Shown piece by piece: positions 52,886-64,000 of a stretch of 64,000 nt of DNA. Both the position numbers and the translations under genes were made by a program. Each line of letters starts with the position of its first letter. Position 1 is the first letter of the stretch. Source of the DNA: Octopus vulgaris (Eukaryota); NCBI GenBank assembly GCA_951406725.2, contig OX597832.1, forward strand, positions 27,962,001 through 28,026,000, read 5' to 3'. Under the pieces are notes generated by a model, which did no database searches, was not told the origin of the DNA, and saw only the letters and a list, made by a program, of their open reading frames with translations.

Positions 52886-53546
52886 TATATAAAAAAAAAG
52901 AAGTTTAAAATATTTTGTGTTCTATAGAAAAAGAAGCAATTTATTGCCCTTAAAATTTTAACAAAATCTTATACGAAACCCCCACCCAGGGCTGTATGGA
53001 CCCTGGTTGAGAATCACTGTTCTATGTGGTGTACTGGCCCACTAAAAATAGCAACCACATTTGTCCTTTAAACTACATTTATATAAAAATGGGACACATC
53101 AGATAAATTGTCATAAAAAGTTGGGGCAGCCATGGTTGTAATGGCTTTGATCACAAGGATTAATTGAACAGGAGTGAAACACCAATATGTGATTTCAAAC
53201 CCTATCTCCAGGTTGAATTAACCTTTTGTTGTTCTTGGGTTCGTAAGGCATCAGTCAAGTAATGGGGGATATAATCACTTTACTGTTTGGCCTTGAATTA
53301 AGATAAGAAATCGTCATGATAATTAATTATTAACCTTTCGAAGCGCCTCCCCCTATTGGGAGTTTTAATTGTTACTTACATTTCGTTGTCATCCTGCTTT
53401 TGTACACGGCCCTTTTTTCAAACGGACAAAACCCTTTGTAACTTTCGTCCTGTGTTTTGTCCCTTTATGTTTTAATTGATTTTTGTTAGCCCTTGAGGCC
53501 AATAAACTAACGAATTATTATCATCATCATTATTATTATTATTATT

Positions 53547-53777
53547 AAGGTGGCAAGCTGGCAGAATCGTTAGCGCGCTGGACGAAATGCTTAGCGGTAT
53601 TTCGGTCTTCACTATGTTCTGAGTTCAAATTCTGCCAAGGTCGATTTTATCTTTCATCCTTTCGGGGTCGATAAATTAAGTACCAGTTGAGTACTGGGGT
53701 TCTATATAATCGACTTAGCCCTTCCCCCTCCAAATTTCAGGCCTTGTGCCTATATTAGAAAGGATTATTATTATTAT
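53547..53777 (+). mobile_element. Nin/Deu-like SINE, full length, (ATT)n tail type
   Basis: AAGGTGGCAAGCTGGCAGAATCGTTAG head, CTTTCATCCTTTCGGGGTCGATAAATTAAGTACCAG domain. Confidence 0.87.
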
Positions 53778-54731
53778 TTACCAAATATGGTATCACACTC
53801 TCACCATTACCACTGTTCACATGACCATCTCTACTACTCTCCCAATCACAGTGACCAACACCATGACCACCACTACTGCCTACACAACCACCTCCAGTAC
53901 ATACACAACCTCCACCTGCACCATCAACAACAAATACCATCACCTCCATCATCATCATCATCATCATCATCAATGTCAGTTATTACACCCACCAGCAACT
54001 TCAACTCCACCGCCGCTGCTCTCACCCCCACCCCACTCACCACCCCTCCACCCCAACCAGGCCAACAGATAACCTGTGTTTCTGACCCAGCGTGAAGAGT
54101 CTTGTGTTAACCCACCTGTTTCGTGTTGATGTTGTTGTTGTTGTTGTTGTTGTTGTTGCAGTGTGGATGATTTAACGACCACTCCAGACATAGGAAGTCA
54201 CTTCAACAACGGTTTCAGTCAAGTGGTGGGGGAAGTACTAGTGATTGAAGTGGCGGCGGTGGTGATTGGAGGTGGTGGTGGTGGTGGTGGTGGTGGTGGT
54301 GGTGGTGGTGGTAGTGGTGATTGCAGAGGTGGTGGTGATGGCAGTATATTTTATCTTTTGCAGATACACACACTCACAAATACGCACCCATATGTGTGCG
54401 TATGAATAAATAAATAAATTTATATATATATGTGTGTGTGTGTGTGTCAATATAAAATGTTTGTATGTACATACATGCCCAAACATGTTTTTATCTCTGC
54501 TTTTCATTTCCTAAGCAGTCAGAAAAAGTACTCAATACAGAAGTAGTGTGTCATCATTATTTCTAGAGATTTACTCTTCTTCTTCTGCTCCGAATTTCAG
54601 GAGCATCTTTGCTGGTTGTCTGAATAATGGACACTCATTTACACTTTTACTGGTTTTCAGTCATAGAGACCATGGCCATGCTGGGGCACACAGCCAATCA
54701 AATCGGCCACAGTACTTCTTTTTTGGATTAA

Positions 54732-54990
54732 ATTGTTAACCAACATAACATGGCAGTCCTGGTTTAGAACGAATGTTGCTGTAATTTAGCCCCAGGAGAC
54801 ATCCATCTCCAGCTGGCTATACAACACGATTTGTGCCCTTATATTTTCGAACAAGGGAATCTAGTACCCGTTGTTCGAAAATAGAAGAACAGATTGTGTT
54901 GTATAGCCAGCTGGAGACGATGTCTCCTGGGGCTAAATTACAGCAACATTCATCCTAAACCGGGACTACCATGTTATGTTGGCAAACAAT
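54732..54990. mobile_element. 259-bp fold-back palindromic element
   Basis: Arms of about 125 bp pair almost throughout (CCAACATAACATGG, GAATGTTGCTGTAATTTAGCCCCAGGAGACATC, TCTCCAGCTGGCTATACAACAC, TATTTTCGAACAA); interrupts a decayed CORE-SINE. Confidence 0.9.
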
Positions 54991-56420
54991 CTTTACTCGA
55001 AACTACTGTTGCTGAATATCTCTCGATGTGAGATTTAAAAATAGTAATTTTCTAATTTACTTCTTTTTTGTTTGTCCAGTACATATTCTATCAATCTTTA
55101 TTTGCCAAACCACTAAGTTATGAGGATGTAAACAAACGCCCATTTGTTAAGTGATGTCACATTAGGACTAGTTATGAGAAAGAAACATACAAGCATATAC
55201 CCACATATGCACACATGGCGTCAGCGTGATTTTAATGTGTATTTGTCCTTCCTGTTGCCAACCGACACTAGATTCTTAGCAATGTAGTTCAGACATGTTT
55301 TTGTGCCAGATTGCAAACAAACAAACAAACATTGCTTGTATCACTGTTATCATGTAGGGCGTGTGGTTAAGAAGTCTGCTTCCCAACCACATGGTTCCAG
55401 GTTCAGTCCCACCATATGGCACCTTGGGCAGGTGTCTTCTAAAGCCTTGAGCTGATGAAAATCTTGTGAGTGTATTTGGTAGGCGGAAACTGAAAGAAGC
55501 CTGTTGTGTGTGTGTTCATGCTTTAAGATGAATTTAACCAGGAACAAATAAGTTGCCTGTCTCTCTCTATTGAATTCCTTCTTCCTGTACAGTGGTGGTG
55601 GTGATGGTAGCTATGTTATTCACTCCATGTCCCAAGTTTTCTATGACTTTCTGATGTTTCAATGGCCCAGTCCCTCTGGCTGTAGGCTGGTACCACAAGT
55701 CGGAATGGAATGGTACCCCATTGATAACAGTGGCCACACTACAAATAGTAAATACTTTGGTTGTACTCTGTATTGATTCCTGGGTATTTTTGAGGGGTGG
55801 GTACTGGTCATTCATTAGTCATGGACAATGCTGTGATTGCTTCAACCGTCTACAAACAGACACCTTATCAAGAGAACACACATACTTGCATAAACACGCA
55901 TACACACACATATACCCATGTTTACATATCCATACATACTTATATACACATATACAGGCACATATATACACACATCCAAACACACACACACGTTAACTCT
56001 GTCCTTTCTCTGGAAATCCCACTTATATGACATTCCTGCAAACACTGACCAACCGACTGGACATCAGGCTGGGGAAGAGGCAGGAATGTCGAGGGTGTGG
56101 ACACTGCCGGGGGGAAGGGGGTGAGAGCTTTGGGGGAGTGTCTGTCCCTGACTACCTTATCAGCATAACAGACGCAATCAATTTGTTTTCCAGTGTGTTC
56201 ATATTTCCTGATGGTAACGGTTGAGGTGGGGGTGGTGTGTGTGTGGTGGTGGGGGTTGTGGAGGGGGGGGGAGTGTCCCTCTAATCTATGATTTTTTTTA
56301 TTATGCTTTTCCCCACCACATCTGCTGCATGTCACATATTGGCTGGGTGTGACATAGCATTGTTACACACTGGCTGCCAGGATGTGACATAACACTGTCA
56401 CATCTGGTGTCCTATTCTGC

Positions 56421-56489
<69 letters not shown>

Positions 56490-57019
56490 ACATGCTTGCA
56501 AACATGTATACGTTGGCATGTGATGTTCACACACGTACACATACAGGCATATAAACACATACCGATACACTTGTACACAAACGTACACACACACACACAC
56601 TCACAAATATGTATATGAACACATTAACATATGCATACAAACTCTTACACATACAAACACACACATACACACACCACAGCCAAACAACATCATCATCATC
56701 ACCAACAACTACATCAGCACTGACATCTTCAGCAACAACAGCAGCAGTTGTGTTGCTTAGTTACTTGCGTGTTTCCATGGTGATTATTCATCTAAATTGT
56801 CCTGCGAGCTATTGCTGCTGCTGCTACTACTACTACTACTACTACTATGGCTACTACTGTTGCTGCTGCTACAGTCTTAGAGCAGTGGTTGTTGTTGTTG
56901 TTGTTATTGTTTTTTGGGTCGTTGGTCTTAGAAATCACCAGACAATCACGACCAATACACACACACATATATATACACACATGTATATATGCATATACAC
57001 ACACATACACAGTGGAGGG

Positions 57020-57300
57020 CTGTTGTTTAGCCCTGGGTCAACTCTGACTGAGCAGGTTGCTGTTGTTTAGCTCTAGATTAGCCTGATCACTCGTTGTTGT
57101 TGGTTTGGTGATGATGACATTGGTGGCGCTCGTGTTTAGCCCCAGGCCAACACTGATCAACCACACTTAGGAATCTAGATAGTCCAGCCATGACCATCAC
57201 ATGTGCGGGGGAACCCAAGACCACATAATCCAATGTGTCTTTTTTCAAATATGGGTATTGTGTAATTTGAAGGGAATTTGGCTGCTATGTCTAACAGGGA
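57020..57300 (+). repeat. representative of unclassified old repeat family D
   Basis: TGTTTAGCCCCAGG..CTGATC..CCAGCCATGACCATC..TTTG..GG..TTTGGCTGCTAT.TCTA; related pieces near 10.6-11.3, 18.0-18.5, 30.7, 35.4, 37.3, 50.0-50.3, 58.0, 60.6 and 62.5 kb. Confidence 0.6.
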
Positions 57301-58276
57301 TAACAGCGATGTTGATGTTATTAGCCTTCATTTTCATCATCATCATTACCACCACCATCATCATCATCACCACTAACACCAGATTATTTCCTACTCTATC
57401 CTCTGCCCCACCCCTCAAAGAGTGTTTTGTGTATGGAGAGAGAGAGAGAGAGAGATGTGGTGTGTGTATAGTTTTATTGTAGTAAGAAGGTTGCTTCCCA
57501 ACCACTTGGTTCCAGGTTCAGTCCCACTGCATGGACCTTTGGGCAAGTGTCTTCTACTATAGCTTTGGGCCAACCAAAGCTTTATGAGTGGATTTGGTAA
57601 ACGGAAACTGAAAGAAGCCCATCGTATGTATATATGTATGTATAGGTAAATGTGTGTATAGAGTCCCAAGAGATTGCTGGTGGCTGGCAGACAGAGTGCC
57701 TTGTTGTATTTACATCCATTTATGCTTGAAGTTCAAATCCCATCTCGAGTCATCTTTATCTTTCCTCTGAGCATCACTGCAAGTAGTGGGAGCACTATAT
57801 ATCTAGCATCTTCTTCCAGTGCTGAGTGCTGTCATAGTTATTACAGAGGAATTACGCCTGTATTTACTACTTAATCTCAGTACATCTATCATTACCATAA
57901 GATCGATAAACTCCCTACTGTCGAGTCAAGATATGTGTTTTAGCCATGGTATTTTATATACTTCCTTGTTTCTTCCTATATCTAGTGTGTGTGTGTGTGT
58001 GTAGTGGTTGTTTAACCCCAGGTCAGCCCTTGATCCAGCCCTTGTGTGATCAATGATGTTCCTGTTGTCACCATCCAATCTTTTTCCCCAGGCAAGACAG
58101 TGTATCTAGGACTACATTATAGAATGTATACTACTTTGGGTTCATGGCTATAGAGGTTGTTGTTTAGCCCAAGGTCTGTTCGGATCCAATTGACCTGTCC
58201 ATAAAAGATGCTCCAGCACCATTGTCCTATCTTCTTCTGAGGTGTCCTTCCATTTTATAAAACAGTAGTGTGCGAC

Positions 58277-58702
58277 TTATGAGACATTTAGCTGTTATTT
58301 GTAGCAAAATCAAATTTATGGGGCATTTAGCTGTTATTTGTAGCAAAATCAAATTTACGGGACATTTAGCTGTTATTTCTAGCAAAATCAAATTTATGGG
58401 GCATTTAGCTGTTATTTCTAGCAAAATCCAATTTATGGGACATTTAGCTGTTATTTCTAGCAAAATCAAATTTATGGGGCATTTAGCTGTTATTTCTAGC
58501 AAAATCAAATTTATGGGACATTTAGCTGTTATTTCTAGCAAAATCAAATTTATGGGGCATTTAGCTGTTATTTCTAGCAAAATCAAATTTATGGGACATT
58601 TAGCTGTTATTTCTAGCAAAATCAAATTTATGAGGCATTTAGCTGTTATTTCTAGCAAAATCCAATTTATGGGACATTTCGCTGTTATTTCTAGCAAATC
58701 AA
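58277..58702. repeat. 39-bp minisatellite, 11 units
   Basis: Unit TTATGGG(A/G)CATTTAGCTGTTATTTCTAGCAAAATCAAAT. Confidence 0.97.
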
Positions 58703-58884
58703 GTTTCCTTTCAGGCTTTTCATGGGAGGGACATATTTTGTAATATTACTCTGTGTGTGTGTGTTTGTATGTTGTGATGTGTGTGTGTGTGTGTGTGGCT
58801 CTGTATGTAAACAATTGTGGTTTACATTGATTATTCTTCTTCTTAATATCACTGATACACACACACACACACACACACACATGC

Positions 58885-58920
<36 letters not shown>

Positions 58921-59369
58921 CCCCTTATGTAATGTAAAAATTATTTATTTATTCATGGAATGAAATCCCTCAACTGATAGTTTTTTGTTGAGGGGGGGAA
59001 GAAAATATAAATAAGTTATTTATCTGAAATATCACATCTGTTTGTTTATTTGTGTGTCTGTCTGTTTCCACATCTTTATTATTATTTTCTTTTTTTTGTC
59101 ATTTCAACATCTATTAATTTTATTTTCTCATCAACTTCATTTATCTCCACATCTATTTATTATTTTCACATCTGTTTATAGATTTTTCACATCTATTCAT
59201 CATTTTCTCATCTGTTTTATTCATTTCAACATCTGTTTGTACTTTTGTTCACATCTTTTTTATTATTTTCACATCTTTTCGTTTATTATTCATGTCTTTT
59301 CAATATCCTCCTACCCGTAAGTTAAACCTTGTAAAACTACTACTACTACTACTACTACTACTGCTGCTG

Positions 59370-59401
<32 letters not shown>

Positions 59402-59757
59402 GTTGATGATGTTGTTGTTAAGGTAACAAGTTATCACACTTGTTACAGAGCCAGACGAAATGCTTAGCAGTCTTCCTTCCGGATCTTAATGTTCTGAGTT
59501 CAAACCCCACTGAAGTCGACTTTACCTTTCATTCATCCCTCCAGGGATAATAATAAATACAGTACCAGTCAGCTACTGGGGTCAATTTAATTAACTAACC
59601 CCCACAACCTCTCCAAGTTGCTGGCATTGTGCCTATGATAGAAATTATACTACTACTACTACTACCACCATCATCATCATCATCATCATGGTGAGCTGGC
59701 AGAACCTTCAGAATTCCAGGCAAAAATGCTTCGCAGCATTTCCTCCGTCTTTTTCTT

Positions 59758-60008
59758 CATCATCATCAGCATCGTTTAACATCCACTTTCCATGCTAGCA
59801 TGGGTTAGACGGTTCGACTGGGGTCTGGGAAGCCAGGAGGCTGCACCAGGCTCCAGTCTGTTCTGGCAGTGTTTCTACAGCTGGATGCCCTTCCTAACGC
59901 CAACCACTCAGCAGAGTGTAGTTGGTGCTTTTTACGTGCCACCGGCGCAGGTGCCAGGGGAGGCTGGCAAATAGCCACGATCGGTTGGTGCTCTTTACGT
60001 GTCACCAA
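59758..60008 (-). mobile_element. family C element nested in a Nin-SINE (about 59688-60160)
   Basis: SINE head ends at about 59750 and resumes at TTCTGAGTTCAAATTCC (60011). Confidence 0.78.
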
Positions 60009-61056
60009 CATTCTGAGTTCAAATTCCACCGAGGTCGACTTTGTCTCCCATCTTTCATGGGTCAATGAAATAAGGGCCAGTCAAGTAGTGGGGTTGATGT
60101 AATTGACTAGTCCCTAGGACCCACCAAAATTAGAGGCCTTGTGTATTTAGTAGAAAGGGTTACTGTTGTGTTGTTATTTTGGTGTCAAGCTGACAGAATC
60201 GTTAGCGTGCCAGGATAAGTGCTGGGCAGCAGCTGAAGGGGGTGGGGTTCGATAAATTAAGTACCAGTAAAACACTGGGGTCAAAGTAATCAACTTGTCG
60301 TTACTTTGGTGGGGACAGGATGCTGTCTATCACATCTCAACTTTCCCAAATGATTCAGTAACAGGGTGAATTGAGGGTAGAATATAAGGATTACTTCTGA
60401 AATACCTCAACAGGGTTTTCCCTTGGCTTGTTTATGATTAACCTGGTCCAGCTAATTACCCCATATCTACTAAGCCTATCTTAGTATTACAGCTGCTGCT
60501 GCTACTACTACTACTGCCACTAGAGAATAAACATACCTCTTAATTAGCTGTCTCCTTTCATGTCAAATGCTGTCTGGCTTTAAAAGGGGTGAGACATCGG
60601 GCTGTAATGTTTTGCGATATACAGAAAGACAATATGGTCATGGGTGGAACGGATTTGATCATGAATTCTGCTGGATCAGGACTGACCTGGCGTTAAGCAA
60701 CAAAAACAACAACAACAGCAACAGATTGTGTGTGTGTGTATCTGAATTTGTTTTCCTGTATTTGGGTGACTGTGATCTATTAGTCATAATCTGCACTATA
60801 CTGACCTACATTAGTAGATGTGATGGAATAACAGTGTGTGTGTGTGTGTTTATCATATTACAGGTTAAACAAAGATGTTGATATTGGGAGATGGAACAGG
60901 GCAGGGTGTGTGTGTGAGAGAACGGTTATTTGTATTCATGATGATGATGATGGTGCTGTGCTGTGGTGGTTGTGATGCCACAGTTCAATAGAATGTCATT
61001 TTCATTTATTTTCCATTTGTTATCTCTGACAGCTATGTTGACTCTCTCTCTCTCTC

Positions 61057-61089
<33 letters not shown>

Positions 61090-61111
61090 ATAGACACATG
61101 TATATGCATAA

Positions 61112-61151
<40 letters not shown>

Positions 61152-61390
61152 GCGCCCTTTTAAAGCCTAGCTAGGCTCATGGGACCGGTTTCCCCGGTTT
61201 CTATGGCGTATGTGTTCCCCAGCTGGACGGGACGCCAGTCCATCGCAGCGTTACTCATTTTTGCCAGCTGAGTGGACTGGAGCAATGTGAAATGAAGTGT
61301 TTTGCTCAAGAACACAACACGTCACCCGGTCCAGGAATCGAAACCACAATCTTACGATCATGATGCTGACACCCTAACCACTAAGCCACG

Positions 61391-61392
<2 letters not shown>
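61152..61392 (-). mobile_element. tRNA-derived SINE with CORE-like and V-domain-like blocks
   Basis: Minus strand: TGGCTTAGTGG A box, GTTTCGATTCC B box, TTGTGTTCTTGAGCAAAACACTT, GCGATGGACTGGCGTCCCGTCCAG; lies in (TA)n. Confidence 0.75.
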
Positions 61393-61432
<40 letters not shown>

Positions 61433-61446
61433 CACACTTATATGAT

Positions 61447-61627
61447 AGATCCGGTAGCCACTATAACCATTTTTTTTTCTCTCCTTGTTTCTTTCTGTGT
61501 CCCTTTCTGTACAAGAGTGTAGGCTCAAACCGGTAAAAGACTTTCAATTTCCTGAGTGTTATACTAATACATCTGTTTGTTTTCTACACCACCTGTCTTC
61601 GTCTTTTGTTTTTTCCGTGAACTCTCC

Positions 61628-61630
<3 letters not shown>
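61447..61630 (+). mobile_element. related Penelope-like repeat with a decayed hammerhead (61503-61539)
   Basis: CTTT-CTGTACA-A-GAGT gtag GCTC-AAAC-CG-GTA-AAAG; same T-run/motif/TTTCCTGAG layout as 11359-11570; (TA)n flanks. Confidence 0.55.
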
Positions 61631-61667
<37 letters not shown>

Positions 61668-62089
61668 GTACAGGATGCCACAAAATGTAAACAAAGTAAA
61701 CAAACATGAAATACGGGGGGGGGTATGCAAAAAACAAGAGAAACAAATGGAAAACAAGACAAGTAACATTAAAAAAAACCCGACCCTTCATCAGTTGTTG
61801 GCTGTCCTTCTACTCCTTATTTCAAGCAATTGATGACAAGATAAGACTTTGAAGGCAGTTGCTCCCGTGAACTGAAATAAAAAAATTAGGGATTTGCAGA
61901 GGGTCAAAATTGGTAGCAAAAACAGGAAATACAACAAACTGAACGAAAGGAATACAAACAGAGAAGGTCGTTAGGCTCAGACGAAGCAAGGTGGTGAATG
62001 CTGGAAGAAGATTCTTTGATAAGAGAAAAGAGAGGAGTAGTGGGGGGCAATTGATTAGATTCACCCCAGTATGCAACTGGTACTTAGAC

Positions 62090-62440
62090 TGTCGCCATGC
62101 TGGGGCACTGCCTTGAAGAAGTTGTAGTTGAAAGAAATGACCCCAGTACTTCTTTATCTTTTGAAGCCCCTGGTACTTATTCTATCAGTCTCTTTTACTG
62201 AACTGCTAAGTTATGGGGATGTAAACACACCAACACCAGTTGTTAAGCATTGGGGGTGGGGATGGGGTCAGATGGACACAAAGACACACACGATAAGCTT
62301 CTCTCAGTTTCCATCAACCAAATCCACTCTCAAGGCTTTGTTCAGCCTGGGGCTGTAGTAAAAGACACTTGCCCAAGGTGCCAAGCAGTGGGACTGAACC
62401 CAGAACCATGTGGTTGGGAAGCAAGCTTCTTACCACATGG
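62090..62440 (-). mobile_element. older CORE-type SINE
   Basis: Aligns with the family; CpGs decayed. Confidence 0.8.
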
Positions 62441-62744
62441 TTAGGATTTTTTTGCTTTTGTAAGATTTGTTGTTGTTGTTGAGTCCCAGATCACCTCTGA
62501 TCCTGCAGGTTTATGATCACAGACATTCCAATCATGACCATCCAATCACTTTCCTTTCTCAGACAGGGGCACACAATTATGCTGTTGTTCTTATTTAAGA
62601 TAGTAAGGCATAATTTGAGGGGAAGTTGACTGCCATTTGTAGCACATCAAGTGACAACAGAAACGCTCCCTCCTCAGCTTGTATTAGATGACTTCTCTGG
62701 AGTAGGTGCAGTGTCTTTAGAACGATTGGGGACACATGTGCACA

Positions 62745-63075
62745 TGGTTCCAGGTTCAGTCCCATTGTGTGACATCTAGAACAAGTGTCTTGCTACTATA
62801 GTGTCAGATCAACCAAAACCTTGTGAGTGGATTTGGTGGATGGAAACTGAAAGAAGCCCACCCTGTGTGTGTGTCCATGTCCCTTAACACCACTTGGAAA
62901 CCAATGTTCGTGTATTCATCACCCTGTAACTTAGCAATTTGGTAAAAAAAAAAAAGCCCAATAGAATAAGTACTGGCCTTGAAAGAGTATGTACTGGAAT
63001 CGATCCATTCAACTAAAACTCTTGAAGCCGTGCCCCAGAATGGCCACAATCTAATGACTGAAACAAGTAAAAGAA
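62745..63075 (+). mobile_element. older CORE-type SINE
   Basis: Aligns with the family; CpGs decayed. Confidence 0.78.
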
Positions 63076-63305
63076 TATAACCACACAAACACACACACAC
63101 CATTTGTCTACAAGTGAAGTAGTTTGACAGCTAATGCTGTGGTAGCCATAGCTAACCACATAATTGCTATATTTTATTAGCCAATTATGTTAATGCAGGA
63201 AGAATAATAAATACACTAATTAAAAATAAATGTGTAATAGAATAAGAATAATTGATCAATGACTATAATTATTTACATTTTCTTCTGGAAAGTATGGGAG
63301 ACAAC

Positions 63306-63345
63306 TCTGAACATGTTTCGGTGTTATTCTGATCTCATCAGCAGA
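63306..63345 (-). ncRNA. minimal hammerhead ribozyme-like motif
   Basis: Minus: TCTG-CTGATGA-GAT cagaataac ACC-GAAAC-AT-GTT-CAGA; stem I TCTG/CAGA, palindromic AACATGTT helix III, stem II has one mismatch. Confidence 0.5.
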
Positions 63346-63961
63346 TCATAACCTTCACTGTATTTATGATAATAGGGATTAATGATTGTGAATAATAACC
63401 CTCAAATATGAATTGATTCTATGATTCAAACTGTGACAACCCATCCAACCCATGCCAGCATGAAAAGCAGACCTAAATGATGAAGATGCTGATGACAATG
63501 ATGATGATTGTGTTTATATATACATGTACTTTCTTTCTCTGTATGTGCACGTGTGTGTGTGTGTGTAGGCATGGACGTGTGATAAGAAGCTTGCTTCCCA
63601 TCCACACGGTTCCAGGTGCGGTTCCACTGCATGGTACCTTCTAAGTAATGCTTCATGCCAACCCGGAAACTGGAAGAAGCCCCTTGTGTGTGTGTGTGTG
63701 TGTCAATGTTTGTCTCCTGCAATTACTTGAGAGCCAATGTTGGTGAGTGATTTATTTGCCTAAAAATTCTTCAAGGCAGGGTTAATGAAGCCATAATGCA
63801 AAGACATAAAATCTCCCAGAACCCCACATAAAAAGATATAACAACCTTTGCTAACCATTTCTGTCAGGAATTTGATTCCTCACAAAATGTCCTGTTTCTA
63901 ATTAGTCTTGTTTTAATTTGGAAGGGGAAATCTGAATAGTCACATCTCTTCTTACACTTAC

Positions 63962-64000
63962 CATTGCCAGCTCATTATATAACGTCAGTGGTCGGGGATC
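63962..64000 (-). CDS. 3' end of a candidate coding exon (...DPRPLTLYNELAM), cut by the window edge
   Basis: Perfect donor ATG|GTAAGT; the only stop-free frame of the three ends in phase 0; only 39 nt visible. Confidence 0.45.

Noticed and set aside
58227-58743. 13-aa repeat ORFs on both strands; CRISPR-like appearance
   Set aside because: Contiguous 39-bp tandem units with no unique spacers and no cas genes; eukaryotic minisatellite

Overview
Eukaryotic, almost entirely non-coding, repeat-dense DNA. The microsatellite load and SINE families point to a cephalopod, most likely Octopus (inference from repeat recognition, not a database match). Nearly all ORFs in the supplied track are translations of simple repeats. 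The window holds about 40 interspersed repeats. These include tRNA-headed CORE-type, Nin/Deu-domain and V-domain-like SINEs, a (GAT)n-tailed modular element, piggyBac, Tc1/mariner, Mutator-like and Helitron-like non-autonomous elements, and fossil CRE-type, CR1-type and reverse-transcriptase LINE fragments. There are also short (TA)n-flanked elements carrying minimal Penelope-type hammerhead ribozyme motifs, several long fold-back palindromes and a 39-bp minisatellite with higher-order alternation. No complete gene is recognisable. Consensus splice donors on the minus strand (63962, 31980, 27160, 9531) and a CpG-retaining central domain (about 18-37 kb) suggest the window lies within a large minus-strand gene with internal alternative promoters. 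One plus-strand first-exon candidate (30161-30248) also exists. I found no well-supported novel protein-coding system; the best leads are RNA-level (hammerheads, dsRNA-forming inverted repeats). Boundaries of decayed repeats are approximate.
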